Source of the DNA: Bugula neritina
Lineage: Eukaryota > Animalia > Bryozoa
Assembly: GCA_964035545.1 (NCBI GenBank)
Contig: OZ037770.1
Span: forward strand, 4,062,662 to 4,126,661
Direction of reading: 5' to 3'
DNA length: 64,000 nucleotides
In this document: piece by piece, positions 63,187-64,000 of the stretch
How positions within the stretch are numbered: position 1 is the stretch's first letter
How the letters are laid out: every line of letters begins with the position of its first letter
The notes under the pieces: generated by a model
The model's database searches: none
Told to the model about the DNA's origin: nothing
The model's input: the letters and a program-made list of their open reading frames with translations, nothing else
Translations under genes and position numbers: made by a program

Positions 63187-63394
63187 CAGTGTTCCCTCCA
63201 TATCTCGCTAAGCTGCAGGTTCTGAAACCTCAATCCGTGACATAGTAGAATGCTAGATTTAACTCATAGATCTGTTAGAGTCAGCCATCTTGTCCCTATA
63301 CACACACATAAGCCACCAAACAAGGGTCCAAGCTTTTCTAGTGAATTATGGGATTTCGTGAGATGTGGAGCCGTGAGATATGGAGGGAACACTG
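63187..63394. mobile_element. Tc1/mariner-pogo type MITE
   Basis: 20-bp TIR CAGTGTTCCCTCCATATCTC, TA TSD both sides. Confidence 0.85.
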
Positions 63395-63422
63395 TATCGT
63401 CATACTGACACATGTCAATGAG

Positions 63423-63622
63423 GTCATCACTAATGTTTTAGAGACTAGGATCAGTCTAATTGATTTAATCATTTATTTAATTACCTATTCAATGTAGTCC
63501 TTAGCTACATGAGTTTACTATTACAGCATGAGTCAGCTTTGTGTTCAGTTGAAATATAATTTTGTCATCACTAATGTTTTAGAGACTAGGATCAGTCTAA
63601 TTGATTTAATCATTTATTTAAT
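63423..63622. repeat. ~58-bp direct duplication
   Basis: GTCATCACTAATGTTTTAGAGACTAGG... occurs twice ~141 bp apart. Confidence 0.85.
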
Positions 63623-64000
63623 AGAGGGGTTTCAGACATCCCTCCAGAGGAATTTGTATTTTAAAGTTGTCTCCCCCTACAGGTATTAGGGGCAGTCTCA
63701 ATGATATATAGAAGGCCCATAAAATAAGTAGAGATGTATGGTTTGAGTGAAGACTACTACTAGTATGAGTTTCATTTTTTCTGAGATTAATATTTTAGCA
63801 TAGGTACACATATGAGCAGTTTCAGAAATTTTTTAAAAAATTTTGTTAATGATAAATGGCACAAAAAGAAAACTTCAAAGCATATTTGTGGTTTTGGTTA
63901 TTGAGCAAATCTGAAGCTGGCAGCTGTCATTATTATTTGCTTTGCTGACTGTAACCAGTCTGGTTAGAGCTGCTAACCTTTCAACTCTTAGAACAATAAT

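Overview
AT-rich, intron-containing animal (invertebrate-like) genomic DNA, mostly nested transposon debris. The centrepiece is a spliced minus-strand gene (CDS 36669->15220, 24 coding exons that I assembled by hand into one open frame of 5289 nt, 1762 aa). It encodes an N-terminal cap, a large LRR array, a ROC GTPase, a COR domain, an acidic linker and a C-terminal caspase-fold domain whose catalytic Cys is replaced by Ser (EASSG instead of QACxG). The LRR array is built from 14 tandemly duplicated ~600-bp intron+exon cassettes. Each has a symmetric (phase 2-2) 138-bp exon coding two 23-aa LRRs. These exons are almost invariant except at the predicted concave-face residues, and one is visibly a recombinant chimera. 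This looks like a diversifying intracellular receptor coupled to a pseudo-caspase (inference). Also present: the 5' exons of TMTC3 (+ strand), with a 38-bp tandem repeat that multiplies a splice acceptor; an intact Mag-like Gypsy element with identical LTRs inside a ~10-kb CACTA-like element; three Gypsy elements sharing an extra C2H2 zinc-finger ORF; a Gmr1-like fragment inside an Academ-like element; a Penelope fragment with a hammerhead ribozyme; MITEs, a SINE head and simple repeats. All exon models and family calls come from reading the sequence only, with no searches run.
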